Of a stretch of DNA of 64,000 nucleotides, positions 1 to 11,884 are shown one piece after another. The notes below the pieces were generated by a model that saw only the letters and a program-made list of their open reading frames with translations, searched no databases and was not told the DNA's origin. The translations under genes were made by a program, and so were the position numbers. The first letter of the stretch is position 1, and every line of letters starts with the position of its first letter. Origin of the DNA: Blepharisma stoltei ATCC 30299 (lineage: Eukaryota; Protista; Ciliophora); the NCBI GenBank assembly GCA_965603825.1, contig CBFDEM010000015.1, forward strand, positions 630,644-694,643. The letters are read 5' to 3'.

Positions 1-982
1 ATTCTCCATTTCCCCAAGTATAAATGTCTCCTTCTAAACTTATAGCTCCAAAAAATCTATAACCACAGGCTATTTTATAAAAGCTTATTTTCGGCTCCAA
101 TATAAACGGTAAACTAATGAATTCTTGGCGATTTTCGTTAAGGATTGCTCCCCATACATATAAACTTCCTTCTGTATTAATGCCTAAGTTTGAGCCATAA
201 TTGGTAGCGACCTCTACAAATGAGGATTCTACAGCAGGATGAGGAATTGGGGTCATAAAAATTTTTGTCTGCTCAATGCCTTGTCTTGCATCTTCATTAT
301 TACCCCAAGTGTAAAGTTTCCCTTCAGCGTTTGGCAATGTACAAAATATAAAGGGAAAGTCCTCAGATTTATAGTTCTGGTTGAAAGTATGCACTGTCAA
401 GTTATATTTGGTGCTAAATTGCAAATCAGAAAACTCTATTGTGACTTGTTTAGTCTCAGTGAGATTTCTTATAGTCAAATTAAGGGTTTCTTGGCTGGTC
501 TGCAATTTTAGATGACAGTCAGAGTAGTCAAGCAATTTAGCTTCTTCAGGGATAGTTCAGCTTCCATCAGGACTTAGAGAGGCTTCTATTTCTTTTTCAG
601 CAGCTCCAGTTGTCTTAATGCAGAGATTTTCGACTGAATAAATCCCGCCTGAATTTCAGCTGATATTGACAGTGACTGAGTTTTTATTTGTTTTTACCAA
701 GGAAATGATGGGGTCTGCTGGTAGCTGTTGAATGGATTTTTTACTTATACATAGCTCTCTGCCGTTTTCTGAGTCACGAGATTCATGAATGAGTCCATGA
801 GCTTCAGCAATTTGATGAGCAAATTTTCTTACATTTGGAGCTGTATCTGGAGGAAAAAGAAGTGTTGTAGCCTTTGCATTCTTAAGAAATTTCTCGATTT
901 CTTGAGTAATTGCATCTTTGATGTTTTGATTTCCTTTGATGCTGGCAAAAAGTGTGTTCGGGATTATTGTTTTTTCTTCCAT
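1..982 (-). CDS. R3H-domain + RCC1-repeat protein (3' end runs off the window)
   Basis: N-terminus has an R3H motif (RKFAHQIAEAHGLIHES). Reading TGA as Trp, the frame stays open to the window edge and gives RCC1-type repeats (EGKLYTWGNN; EGSLYVWG; KIACGYRFFGAISLEGDIYTWGNG). Confidence 0.75.
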
Positions 983-1899
983 TTATATTTATAGATCTAT
1001 AAGCCAACTCTGCAGGCTCAATTTTATAGATAATCAGTTCATTGTATATACTGCGTAACTCTGAGAATAAAATAACGGACTGATAAAATTAACTATAGGC
1101 AATGCTAAAGAAAATGAGGCAAGCCAAATAATTCTAAAAAAATCATGCATAAAACATTAAAATTCAGTTTTTAAAATTATGGCAATAAAAATATGACGAC
1201 CTTAGAAACTGAATTGTATATGGATTTTACAGCTCAATAAGCTAAAGAAGAAAAGCCTTAATCAAGGCTGGGCATCGTTTAGACAATTAGAAGCATGATT
1301 AGGACTATTTATGATGATAAAATCCACTTCATAGACCAAGAGTTTTATTTTAAACAAATCTCTTGCCTCAGATCACCTAAATTTTATTGCAAATATCAAA
1401 GAAATAATTCAAACCTATGGCCAAGAATTGAGGTTGCCAATTGTGCCATACTAAGAAGTAGTGTTGGACAAAGAAAAGTGTCAATTATCAGATTAGTAGC
1501 TTAAATATAATTAGATTTGACTAAAATAGTAAGTAATTTAAACTATTTAAAATCTTCCTATAATTAAATATGTGCTCAAATGGCCATTTCAAAATTCTTA
1601 ATTTTATTGTATGCATGATGCCAAAAATAGATAACTTAGCCTATGATTTTCTACATACATTAAATTGAATGCATTCCTTTGCATATCAATGAGCTTTAAT
1701 TTCAGATTTTTTTAAGAATTATAATGCCGTATCTTTATTGAGATAAACAAGAATTTCCACAGTTATAAATTAAAGAAGTTATTTTCCTTTCTTTATAATA
1801 ATTTCTTTTTGATGTTTTTGCCATATCATTTATCCATTGAAATTTAATTTCCTACTAGCTATGGTGAAGCATTAATTATTGTAAAAATATTCCAACTGA

Positions 1900-2856
1900 A
1901 TGCGGAGATCTAACTCTTCTTTTTCTTCGAATAATCACCAGAAAAAGCAAAACTCTCAATTACCTGGAAGCCCTAAAAGTCCTTCGATACTGAAGAGATC
2001 GAAATCTCCAACCAAGTCATGCAGATCAGTGAGATTTGATGACTCAATTTCAGGATTTCAAGAAGATAGCGATATTAATTATCAGCTTAAGAACTTTTAT
2101 CAAGAGCTTAAATATAACAACGAGTCAAAGAAAAGGGAAAACTCTTTCATTTCAAGCTCTTCCAGTATCCAAGAAAAGAGTTCCATCAATAGTAGAAGCG
2201 ATAAAGTAATTTCTATCATCCAAAACACCAAAGAAAAGATCTTAGACCGCCTCGGGTCAGCTTCAAAGCCGAATACCCTAAAAAACAGGCCAAGACCAAA
2301 AGACAAAATCAGCACTGAAAATTTACAGTCAATTGTCGAAAAGCGAAAATCTATAATAGCCAACGACGGAGGAACCCAATACAGAAATTCTTTTTTGCAG
2401 ACTAAATCTCATTTAAGAAGCAAAAGTGAGAGACCTTCAGGAGGCTCAGGCGTTTTTGAGCCCAAAGTTATCAATTTAGCCTTTAGGAACCAGAATTTCT
2501 ACAGCAAGCTTAACAAATTTTATGGGAAAAGTGACTCAAACCCAGCATCTAGGGAGCAGTCGCCAAAAAGAAGAACTGCAGGCGAGCTTACTTGGCAATC
2601 AGTAAAAGACGAGCTTTATAGCTCAGCCTCAGGCTTTTCAAACTGCTCTCAGTCTTCTTTGGTCTCATTTTCTAGCCCTGCTGAGAATAAAAGAAGGAAA
2701 TCCAACATTTTCATGAGCATAAACGCCCATTCAATTAGTCCCAAGCCTCAAAAAGCTGAGCCAGCCCATCGAGTTTTCTCAGTCCTTAAAACCCGCTATT
2801 CAAGCCCAAGTGGCTCCACCCGCTCAGGAAGAAGCAACACGAGTGTAATTTATTAA
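1900..2856 (+). CDS. Hypothetical Ser/Lys/Arg-rich low-complexity protein
   Basis: 318-aa ORF from ATG to TAA between AT-rich spacers; no recognisable domain. Confidence 0.65.
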   Translation: MRRSNSSFSSNNHQKKQNSQLPGSPKSPSILKRSKSPTKSCRSVRFDDSISGFQEDSDINYQLKNFYQELKYNNESKKRENSFISSSSSIQEKSSINSRSDKVISIIQNTKEKILDRLGSASKPNTLKNRPRPKDKISTENLQSIVEKRKSIIANDGGTQYRNSFLQTKSHLRSKSERPSGGSGVFEPKVINLAFRNQNFYSKLNKFYGKSDSNPASREQSPKRRTAGELTWQSVKDELYSSASGFSNCSQSSLVSFSSPAENKRRKSNIFMSINAHSISPKPQKAEPAHRVFSVLKTRYSSPSGSTRSGRSNTSVIY

Positions 2857-2889
2857 TTTTGGTAAATAAATAAAAAAAGCTTAATGATA

Positions 2890-3510
2890 TTATTCTGTCT
2901 TTGGCTTATTCTTTCTAAATGCTTTCAAAAGTCCGAAAACTGCTACAAAAAGTACCACAGCCCCACCTATTGCAACATAAACTGTATTTCCAAGCACAAA
3001 GTCTTTTACTTTATCTAAAATAGGCTTTTCCTTTGGTGCTCTAAATGGTATAGGCTTATGATCATACTGCAAATATAATTTTTCTAGATGCACTGAAGGC
3101 AGCGTCATATCATCGTTTGGTCCTGTGTAGTTATAATACTGCCCATCTACAAAATACAAGAAAGCAGGATAGTTTTGAACCTCAAGTCTGACAACTAGTC
3201 GCATATTCTTTTCCATGTTGACTTTTCCAGTGTTAAGTTTATAGCCTTTTTCTTTGACTTCTTCTGAGAAGAATTTCCACTGTGGAGAATAAAAGGTGCA
3301 CTTTACGCTCTCTGGGTGATAGAAATAGACAAACCATGGGTCTTTTGAATTTCGGATGAGTTCATCGAAGTTCTTTTCTGTGATGTCGGTGGACACGTCG
3401 TCTTTGATTTCAGAGACTATTCGTAAGGCTTCTTCCATTGAGGGCTTTTCTTTAGGATTGCCAAAGTTAAATGCAAGAGTAAGAGCTGGAATAAGCAGCC
3501 AAATTACCAT
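2890..3510 (-). CDS. Transmembrane thioredoxin-fold protein (TMX/PDI-like, non-canonical active site)
   Basis: Signal peptide, Trx fold (WFVYFYHPESVKC, i.e. SxxC in place of CxxC; VQNYP cis-Pro), C-terminal TM helix and a KxKxx-type ER retrieval tail (KPKTE). Confidence 0.8.
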   Translation of the reverse strand: MVIWLLIPALTLAFNFGNPKEKPSMEEALRIVSEIKDDVSTDITEKNFDELIRNSKDPWFVYFYHPESVKCTFYSPQWKFFSEEVKEKGYKLNTGKVNMEKNMRLVVRLEVQNYPAFLYFVDGQYYNYTGPNDDMTLPSVHLEKLYLQYDHKPIPFRAPKEKPILDKVKDFVLGNTVYVAIGGAVVLFVAVFGLLKAFRKNKPKTE

Positions 3511-3580
3511 TTACACGTGTAAATATTATGGAAATATTTCATATAGTAAATATTGAATTTAAGCAACTTTATTAATATAA

Positions 3581-4285
3581 ATGATAAGGAATTTAATAAG
3601 AAAAGCACACACCTGTAATGACATTCTAGAGAACTTTTCACCGCTTTCGTCAGAGACTGACAGAGTTTACAAGATTTTTACTAATGCAGTCAATGGGCTT
3701 TTATATCCAGAAAATGGGGAGTATCTCAGTACATTTGGGGAATGCTCATCATATTATGCACTTCAAGGAATCAAAAAGAGGATGCAAGCCCATCCTGTAG
3801 GAGCCAAAATTCTCCAAGAGAAGCCTAGAATAAGAACTCCTTATGTAGACTTCAATAAACTTCGGGCATTATCTCCTAATACATTTGGAAAACAGTATAT
3901 CGACCATATGGACTCCTTAAATTTAGTCCCTGATGAAAGGCCACTAGTAAAGCACATTGGAGACCTAGATTTAGCCTATATTTTTCAAAGATACAAAGAA
4001 ATCCACGATTTTTTGCATTTATTACTAAGTAAAGAAATCAGCGTATATGAAGAAATAGAGGTAAAAATTTATGAGTTCCAGCAGCTAGAACTCGCCTCTA
4101 CTGCACTTGCCTCTTTGGTTGGGCCTCTTAGGCTGTCATTGTGGGAAAAGATTGAGTTGCTTAGAAACGGAGCCCCAAAAATGATTTCCCTTGCAAATAA
4201 AGGCAAATTCTGCATGAATGTACACTATGAAGCTCATTTCGAACAAGACATGGAGGAGTTCAAGAAGTGGTTTTTCAGTCCTTAA
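3581..4285 (+). CDS. COQ4: Ubiquinone biosynthesis protein COQ4
   Basis: G.KILQEKPRI, LPxNTFG-like segment, and RYKEIHDFLHLL...E (HDxxH-x11-E metal motif). Confidence 0.9.
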   Translation: MIRNLIRKAHTCNDILENFSPLSSETDRVYKIFTNAVNGLLYPENGEYLSTFGECSSYYALQGIKKRMQAHPVGAKILQEKPRIRTPYVDFNKLRALSPNTFGKQYIDHMDSLNLVPDERPLVKHIGDLDLAYIFQRYKEIHDFLHLLLSKEISVYEEIEVKIYEFQQLELASTALASLVGPLRLSLWEKIELLRNGAPKMISLANKGKFCMNVHYEAHFEQDMEEFKKWFFSP

Positions 4286-4302
4286 ATTAATTTAGACAAA
4301 AA

Positions 4303-5652
4303 TTATCTTGGGTATCTCCCGAGGACCATATTTCCATAGTCAGCGAGGGACTTGTCCTGCCTTGATTTTCCTCTTTCTTCTATTCCGAAGAACTTATTGG
4401 CGTCTTCTTGAAACTCAGGCTTGTATAGAATGGCATTAGGAGTGCCAGTCACAGGGAAGCTGGGAATGAATTTTGGAGAAGCCTTGGTGAATTTTACATC
4501 GTTAAACGCTGGGTGGGAGATAAATTCAGAAGGAATTTGTCGTGACTTTGGAGGCTCAGAGTGCTGTTTGGGTCGGAAAGGGCTTGGCATTGACTTTGTA
4601 TCTCTTAAAGCTCCTGTTATTGGGTCAAAAGTGATAGTCCTAGGGTTCTTTTTAGCGTATCTCGGGAATGAAGGGCTTTCTATTTTTGAGAGTGACTGGT
4701 CTGATCGGTTTATCTCAAATTGTGAGACTTCCTCAACATATGATTTATTTACAGATCCATTTCCTTTCAGCTGATTTTTCAGCAATTCTTGGACTTCTAG
4801 GTTTTCTCTATACTGTTTTGCCCTTCTTATTTTCTGTTCCCTTTCATAAGCTTCGTCATCTCTCAGCTTTTTCAGCTCTTCTAGCCTTCTAGCTTGTTCT
4901 TTTTCCCTTTCTAAAATCTGGATTTGCTTTTGTTGCTCTTTTAAGCTGAGCTGAAAATCTAGGTTGCTGGTTGTTTCTTTTCTCTGCTCTTCCATTCGTA
5001 CTTTATCATAAATCCCTTTATTCAGTCTATTATATGCTTCTTCTTGAGATATATTTGGGGCTGGGCTTTTTCTCTGCTGGAAGCTCTGGAGGATTTCGTC
5101 TTTTTGCCGCAGCTGCTCTTTAAGAATTTCTAGCTCTCTTGTGTATTTTTCAGCTAAACTTAAAGGAGCTGGCTCTTGGTGAGGTTTTTCTATAGCAGGG
5201 TCGATATATTGTGTGGCTTCTTCTTGAAAAGATCTATCGAAGCCTTGCTGTTTTGTATAGCCAGGTGACTGGTCTTCGTATTGATAGTCATTATTCCTGA
5301 CAGTCCCTGCTTTTGGTTTATAATTAGGAAGTTTTTCATCATATAGTTGACTGTAATTTTTAGGAATAGAGCTAGATCGTGGCTGATAGCTAGACTGTGT
5401 AGGCTGCTCGTAGTCTTTCTGGGGATTAGAAGGCAGGTCTTCTATATACTGTTCCCTGTTTCTAGGCTCCTCAGACGTTATAACTGGCTTCCTGACATTG
5501 TACACAATATGAGAGCTTTGGGCGTTTTTATCAACATCGAACCTTTTTCGGCCAAATCTGAATTCTCCTGGCTCCTAAGTAATTAATACTGAGTTTAGCT
5601 GTGGGTGGACTACTCCTATGTATCCTCGGTTATATTCTGTAGTATAATTCAT
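4303..5652 (-). CDS. Hypothetical coiled-coil protein (one 15-nt intron at 5575-5589)
   Basis: ATG at 5652. Removing GTATTAATTACTTAG joins it in frame to the 400-aa ORF. Central Glu/Gln/Lys coiled coil. Confidence 0.7.
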
Positions 5653-5756
5653 TAATAAAATGTTATATTAAGCGAAAATAATTAATAAGTAACAATAAGC
5701 ATTCTAGATCTCTGAATAAAAATTATAATAAATATAATAATATAGAATAGATAGGA

Positions 5757-6086
5757 TTAAGGATTATTAGCATGGCTAGTCTTTTTTAGGAACGAAATTT
5801 TATATTGCAAATACAACGCAGCGAGGAAAAGCAAAAGAATAACTGCAGATTGGCCATAAACCAGCATCGTTTTCACTTTGCTATATTTCTTGACGTCGCT
5901 CTTTGGCTTTTGTTTAGGCTTTGCATAACTTTCTCCAATTGATGTAGAGGTCCTGTTAAGATCTTCAATTAGGGAATAGCTTTTGCTAAATCTGTCTACT
6001 CCAACTGATGCAGAACTCTTATTCAATCTTTCATATCCAGCTAAATCTGCAGCCACTTTAGGATCAGGTGCATTTTTCCTTGCCAT
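5757..6086 (-). CDS. Small tail-anchored membrane protein
   Basis: 109-aa ORF with one hydrophobic helix near the C-terminus. Confidence 0.6.
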   Translation of the reverse strand: MARKNAPDPKVAADLAGYERLNKSSASVGVDRFSKSYSLIEDLNRTSTSIGESYAKPKQKPKSDVKKYSKVKTMLVYGQSAVILLLFLAALYLQYKISFLKKTSHANNP

Positions 6087-6226
6087 TCCTCTTATTTATT
6101 AATTATTTCCCAGTTTAATTTGAACGAACCATAAGGAAATTTATAAAACATTTTTGATTATTTTTAAGTATTAAGTGCTAATACTCTTACTGCAAATTAA
6201 ATTATTAACTTAAGCTTCTAAGCATA

Positions 6227-7243
6227 ATGGGAGAAGAAGACCAACGGAATTTGGAGAAATCAATCCAAGACCTCTGTGTCTTAATACACACAGAATTCGG
6301 GACTATGGGCGAAGAAAACCCATTCGGCGTAGGAATCACCGAAGTTATCCACATGGACAGTTTTCAAGCCCTCGCAAGCATTATGAATATCACAGACGGT
6401 CTTTTAGACATCAAAAAACAAGCCAGAGGCACGCCTGAGTACCAACAGTTCCTAGACAACGAAACTTACCAAAGAGCCCTCCAAAAGCTTGAGAACGAAG
6501 TCCGCAATCATATAAAAATCGAGCAACAAATGAAGCTTTATATTGATTCAATGACAGAGAAGCTTGAAAAATCAGAGAAAAAACAAAAAGGACTGACCCA
6601 AAGCAATAACAAAGTCGTGGATCAGCTCAGACAGGACACTGAGACCTTAAAAGAGCTAATTGAGTTAAGGAAAAAAGAAGTCCAAGATTTGAAAATGTCA
6701 AGCTCAGGCAAAATTAAGCTACCAACTACAGATAGGCCAATGTCAAGGACAATGGCAAAAAGAGAAGAAAAGTCTGCAGAACATGAGCAAAGGAATTCTC
6801 GGCTCCAACAGGAGTGAAAACGGTTAAAAGGGACCTTAGCTGAAAAACAAAAAGAGTACCAAAAGCATGTGGTGGAGCTAGATAAGCTGCAAGAAGCCTT
6901 GACTTCTGTGAATGAGCCTACTCTAGAAGAGGAGCAGAAGCTTACCGACTATTATAAGCGAAAATATGAAGAAAAATGCCTAGAGGCAGCCCAAATCCAA
7001 AACAAGCTGAAACGATTACAGATTTATGAGAAAGCGCCTGTCAAAAAGCAGAAGTCAATTTCTCCAATCCCTTCTACAAACTCAAGGAAAAGAGGGGAAG
7101 AGCAGCCTCTTTATAAGATGATTTCGAACTCCCGGTCTTCTAACAACTTGCAAAGAGTGACGTCAGTGGAAAAGCTGAGAACTGACCGAGTGCCAGTAGC
7201 AATAAAGCAGAGGGTGCAGATGTCTTATACATCTAGAAAGTAA
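6227..7243 (+). CDS. Coiled-coil protein
   Basis: ORFs 6227-6817 and 6869-7243 are in the same frame, joined through TGA (6815-6817) read as Trp. Confidence 0.75.
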
Positions 7244-7283
7244 TTAATGATTAACTATTAAACTCACTTTCATACTTCAAATT

Positions 7284-9668
7284 ATGGAAGAATTTGACAT
7301 CCAAAGGTCAGTTTTGTTCTCTGACGAAGAAAACAGTGAAGAAATTGGCGATGTTGAAGCCAAACTCAAAGAAGAAATTCGTGACGGCAAGTTTTCAGTC
7401 AACGAGCTGCTCCCTCCTCCCAACCCGCTGCTGCCCAAAACTTTGATGCCATCTGAGCCTGCTTTTCAAGCACAGAAAATCCCGTTTATGTAACTCTTAT
7501 TCAGAGCTCTGGAACCTTTCTACGGCGATGAAGAACAAGCCGAGCAAGGCTTATCAGCTGATAGGACTGCATTTCCAGCGCCTTATCCTCCAGAGACTTC
7601 ATTGCGGAGTTTATTTGAAAGTCAATCAATAGTCTACCTGAGGTCTAAATCTATATATGACGACAGTGTTGACGCTGGCTATTTCAATGCGAATTTGTGC
7701 GACATCAAGTGTCTCATATTAAAAAAACGCTCCCTTGAGACCAAGGGACAAAGACTCTATCAAAACGAGTTGTTACAAGCTGAGTTGCCTATGTATTATC
7801 AGCCTGCTGATAGCACTGATAATACGTTAGTATTCGAGTCCAGGTTTGAGTGCGGGAACCTCGCAATGGCTGCAAAAATAGGGGAAAACGAGTATAATCT
7901 GTTAATGTCAAATGATATCAACTCTAAAGGGCACACACAATGGTTTTTCTTTAGGGTGGAAAATACCAAGGCAAATATGAGGGTAAAATTTAACATTGTG
8001 AACTTCGCCAAGGCAGATTCACTGTTTAATGACGGCATGAGGGTGCTAGTGTACTCTTGCAAGTACTATGAAAGATATGAAAAAGGCTGGACAAGAGGCG
8101 GGGAAGATATACAGTATTATCCTAATGGGATTTTGAAAGATCCCAAGAAGACAAAAACGTACTATAACTTGAGCTTCACTTATCAGTTTAAATATACAGG
8201 GGATTCTGTGTTTTTTGCCTACTCACTGCCGTATACATATACACAACTGCAGCAGATGCTGGATAACTATGAAAGAGATCCAGCGAGGAACAAGTATTTT
8301 GCGAGAAAAACCCTGTGCAGGACTATTGGGGGGAATAATTGTGATTATTTGACGATCACTAATAAAGGGACACTAGAGGAAATAAGGAATAAAAGAGGAG
8401 TTGTACTGTCAGCCAGGGTGCATCCGGGGGAAACAGTTGGGTCATGAATGATGCATGGAGTTTTGGATTTCTTGACCAGTGATGACCCAGAAGCCTCTGC
8501 GCTGAGGGATAGATATGTATTTAAAGTGGTCCCAATGCTAAATCCTGATGGTGTTATTAATGGAAATTACAGATGTGGGTTGGTAGGAGCTGACCTGAAC
8601 AGGAGGTGAAAAAATCCTATCAGCGTCCTCCACCCAACTATTTTTAGTCTCAAACGATTAATTAAATCTATGGCTGGGAACTACGATATAGAACTTATAT
8701 GTGACCTGCATGGACATTCTAGGAAGAAAAATGTGTTTATATATGGCTGCAATGTCCCTGATTCCCCTCAAGCTTGCAAAATTTTCCCTTTTATTTTGTC
8801 AAAACTTTCCCCAATTTTTAGTTATCAGTACTCAAGATTTGGGGTACAAAAGTCAAAAGAATCCACAATGAGGGTCACGATGTTTAAGGACCTGAAAATC
8901 CCTCAAATTTATACAATGGAATCGTCTTTCTGCGGAGCCGACTTCGGGCAGTACATGGGGATGCATTTTACTGGACAAATCCTAGCTGGGATTGGGAGGG
9001 ACTTGTGCAGGACTTTAATTGTTTTTGGGCAAAATCAGCCAATAATTCAGTCTCCTGTTTCCAAAGGGAAAAGACAGCCAATGCCTCTAGCGAAAAGCAG
9101 AATTAAAAAAGGAAAATTACCTGAAAAAACTCCCAAAAAAGCAGAAAATAAGGCAATGATAGAGCCTTTTAAGCTATTTGGGGTTGATTATGATGAGATT
9201 TTAAACGAAATGATGCAAAAAGAAGATATTTTACATAATGGAGAGGACGGAGAAGACTCAAGTGGCTCAGATTCTGACCCTTCAGAGGACAATTTAGAAA
9301 TTGAAGAGCTCAGGAATTTAGTCCCATTGTCTTATTCAGCCCCTACAAAGAAAAAAGAAAAAAATAAGAAAAAAATAAACCAGCCTAAGACATTTACCAG
9401 AAGGATCCCAAAACAAAAATGCAAAAAATGTGGCGAAGAAATGCAGCCTGGGCACCAATGCAAAGTCCAGGATGCCCCTCCTCCACCTAAAAAGGCTCCT
9501 ATTGGGCTCAGGACGTATTATAATCTTGCAGGGAAGCGAGTTCATGATCAAGCTACTCAGACACCTCTGTCATTATATCCTAAGGCTGCTAAAGGGATTA
9601 CAGATGAAGAACCTAACCGAAGCACTTCTCCTCACGCGCTGAATGCTTCAATGGAAAATAATTTATAA
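7284..9668 (+). CDS. Cytosolic carboxypeptidase (M14D, Nna1/AGBL/CCP tubulin deglutamylase family)
   Basis: [53 protein letters not shown]. The conserved Trp residues in GSW-MMHG and DLNRRW are TGA. 15-nt intron GTAACTCTTATTCAG at 7490-7504. Confidence 0.92.
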
Positions 9669-9686
9669 CTTTTATCAATATTAAAT

Positions 9687-10667
9687 ATGACTACTAGGTT
9701 GCTTGAGAACCCAGTTGAAAAAGAAGCTGAAAAAGCAGTCAAACGAGACGAGTTTCTAAAAGAGTCCAAAGAAAACTCCACCAAGTCGCGGTATGGTCTT
9801 TTTTCCTTCACAGGGACACTTGCGATATCTGATGATGCAGGATATTACAAAACTGCTTCAAAAAAACTACCAGATGGAACTGTCAAAACCGGCCCAAAAA
9901 ACTTCTCGACAAGCCCAACAAGGACAGGGAAAGGGCCTGACGTTTATTTTTCGAAGCCTGAGTTCCTTAATGGAGATCTCTATAGAGATCCTATAAAGCC
10001 ACAGCTAAATGAAAAAGAAAGAGCAGAAAAAATGAAAAAAAGCCATGACGTGCCCTTCCGACCAGCTGGGCCAGTAGAGGAGCCTAAAGGATACGAAAAC
10101 ATGCCAACTCAAACTTTCCACTATAGACAAAGAGAGCCTGATGGGTCAGTTAAGCTGGAGCCGAGAAACTTTTTTACGTCACCTCCTAAGGCAGGGGCAG
10201 CTAACTGTACACCTGGTGTTACTTTTGACAAAAAGATTGACTATATTCCTGACCCTTATGATAGGGTCAAAGAACTAAATAGACAAAAAGCCGCTGCTGA
10301 TAAGGCTAAACTCCAAGATAGGCCATTTAAGCCAAGTTCTCCATCTGGCTATACTTTTAGCGACTTTAAAACTGCTTTGGAAGACTCAAAAATTCCTTTA
10401 AAAATAAAATCCCCAAAATACAAAATGAATGTCCTTAAACATGATCGACCTTTCTTCCCAGCCAGCCCAACCAAGAAAAACATTTTAGAGGCCTGCTTTG
10501 ATAAGTACCCGGAGCATATGTCAAACCCTCTAACCTACCCTCAGCGAAAATCTCCAAGCTCCCAAGCCCCTTGGAAGCCTACAGTTAATTTCATTACTAA
10601 GCCATCTCCTTCAGTAGCCCAAAATCTTGCCAATATCAGAGCTGAGTTCCCAGGAGTAAAGATATAA
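9687..10667 (+). CDS. CFAP96/C4orf47-like (DUF4586) cilia-associated protein
   Basis: Repeated KNFxTSPxxxG and Y/F..DPY motifs plus Pro-rich PF(K/R)P repeats typical of this family; recognised by eye. Confidence 0.6.
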   Translation: MTTRLLENPVEKEAEKAVKRDEFLKESKENSTKSRYGLFSFTGTLAISDDAGYYKTASKKLPDGTVKTGPKNFSTSPTRTGKGPDVYFSKPEFLNGDLYRDPIKPQLNEKERAEKMKKSHDVPFRPAGPVEEPKGYENMPTQTFHYRQREPDGSVKLEPRNFFTSPPKAGAANCTPGVTFDKKIDYIPDPYDRVKELNRQKAAADKAKLQDRPFKPSSPSGYTFSDFKTALEDSKIPLKIKSPKYKMNVLKHDRPFFPASPTKKNILEACFDKYPEHMSNPLTYPQRKSPSSQAPWKPTVNFITKPSPSVAQNLANIRAEFPGVKI

Positions 10668-10693
10668 TTAATATGCCTAAAATTAAATATAAA

Positions 10694-11833
10694 ATGGAAG
10701 ATGTTGAAGAAGCCTCAGATACAAGTGCCAACAGTTCTTTACTAGACAACTCCCGAAGCATTCTAGAATTCAACTTCGATTTACCTCAGGACAGAGACCA
10801 CTACAAAAAAGATAAAAAATGTACCGTCTGCAAAACAAAATTCGGTAAAGTCGGCCTGGTGAATTTTAAAAAATACTGCTGCAAGTTCTGCTATAAAGGA
10901 GTCTGTTTGAAATGCTCACCAAAACAAGTGATGCATCCTGAAACGCTTAAGCTGGAAAGGATCTGCAGCAATTGCTATCAGAAATCCAAGGAAGCACAGG
11001 TTGTTGAAAAACAAGAACAAAACTTGATAGCGGTGCAACAGATAAGACAAGAAGTGATTGCCAAGGTAGAAGAAGAAAATCAGTCAAAAAATAAAAATAA
11101 GCAAAATGCTAAGATTTTGGCTGAGAAATACGAGAAATTAAAGCTGGAAAAAGACCAAGAGCTAAGCCGGCTAAATGATGTTATAAAGCAGCTAAATGAA
11201 CAAAGAGATACTTTAATTGACAATTTTCAACAAACTAAAGAAAAAATGAACAAGGTGCAAGAAGAAATGGCAAATCGGGATAAGCTGCAGAATGACTTAG
11301 ATAATGACCTTTCTGGTATAATATCTTCTTCTGAAAGAGATAGAAATGAAATAGGCCAACTCAGAAATAACCTTGCACAGATCCAAGACGAGCATGTAAG
11401 ACTAATAAGACAGATAGAAGAAATGTCAGGGCCGGTTGACACAAAGGCAAAGGTAAAAAGGAAAAGCAAAGGCGAAGAAAAAATGCTGGCAAGGATAGAA
11501 AATGCCAAACTTGAGTACCAAAAAGTATTAAATGACCATAATGATATGAAAAAAGAACTGGAGTTTAAAGAAAGTGAGCTTAAATTGGCAGAAAAACAGA
11601 TAAAAATGCTAGAAGATAGAGACCATGAAATTGAGATTCAAAATAGGCTGAAGGATAATAAGTCAGAAACTACAGAAGGTCAAGAAGATAGAGCTGGAAA
11701 TCTTAGGAAATTAATTCAGGAAAATGAGATACAGATAGATAAATTGAAAATAGAAGTGGAAAAAGCCAGAAAGCAGAAAAATATGAAGAAAAAGAAGAAG
11801 AAAGCAGTAGAGCTTAAAGGGACTGATTCATAA
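10694..11833 (+). CDS. FYVE-like zinc finger + coiled-coil protein
   Basis: CTVC..KYCCKFCYKGVCLKCS..RICSNC followed by a long coiled coil. Start at 10694 or 10673. Confidence 0.8.
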   Translation: MEDVEEASDTSANSSLLDNSRSILEFNFDLPQDRDHYKKDKKCTVCKTKFGKVGLVNFKKYCCKFCYKGVCLKCSPKQVMHPETLKLERICSNCYQKSKEAQVVEKQEQNLIAVQQIRQEVIAKVEEENQSKNKNKQNAKILAEKYEKLKLEKDQELSRLNDVIKQLNEQRDTLIDNFQQTKEKMNKVQEEMANRDKLQNDLDNDLSGIISSSERDRNEIGQLRNNLAQIQDEHVRLIRQIEEMSGPVDTKAKVKRKSKGEEKMLARIENAKLEYQKVLNDHNDMKKELEFKESELKLAEKQIKMLEDRDHEIEIQNRLKDNKSETTEGQEDRAGNLRKLIQENEIQIDKLKIEVEKARKQKNMKKKKKKAVELKGTDS

Positions 11834-11884
11834 ATTAAATGCATTTCCTGAAATTTTATTTTATAAGAGATTATTAAGAGATAC

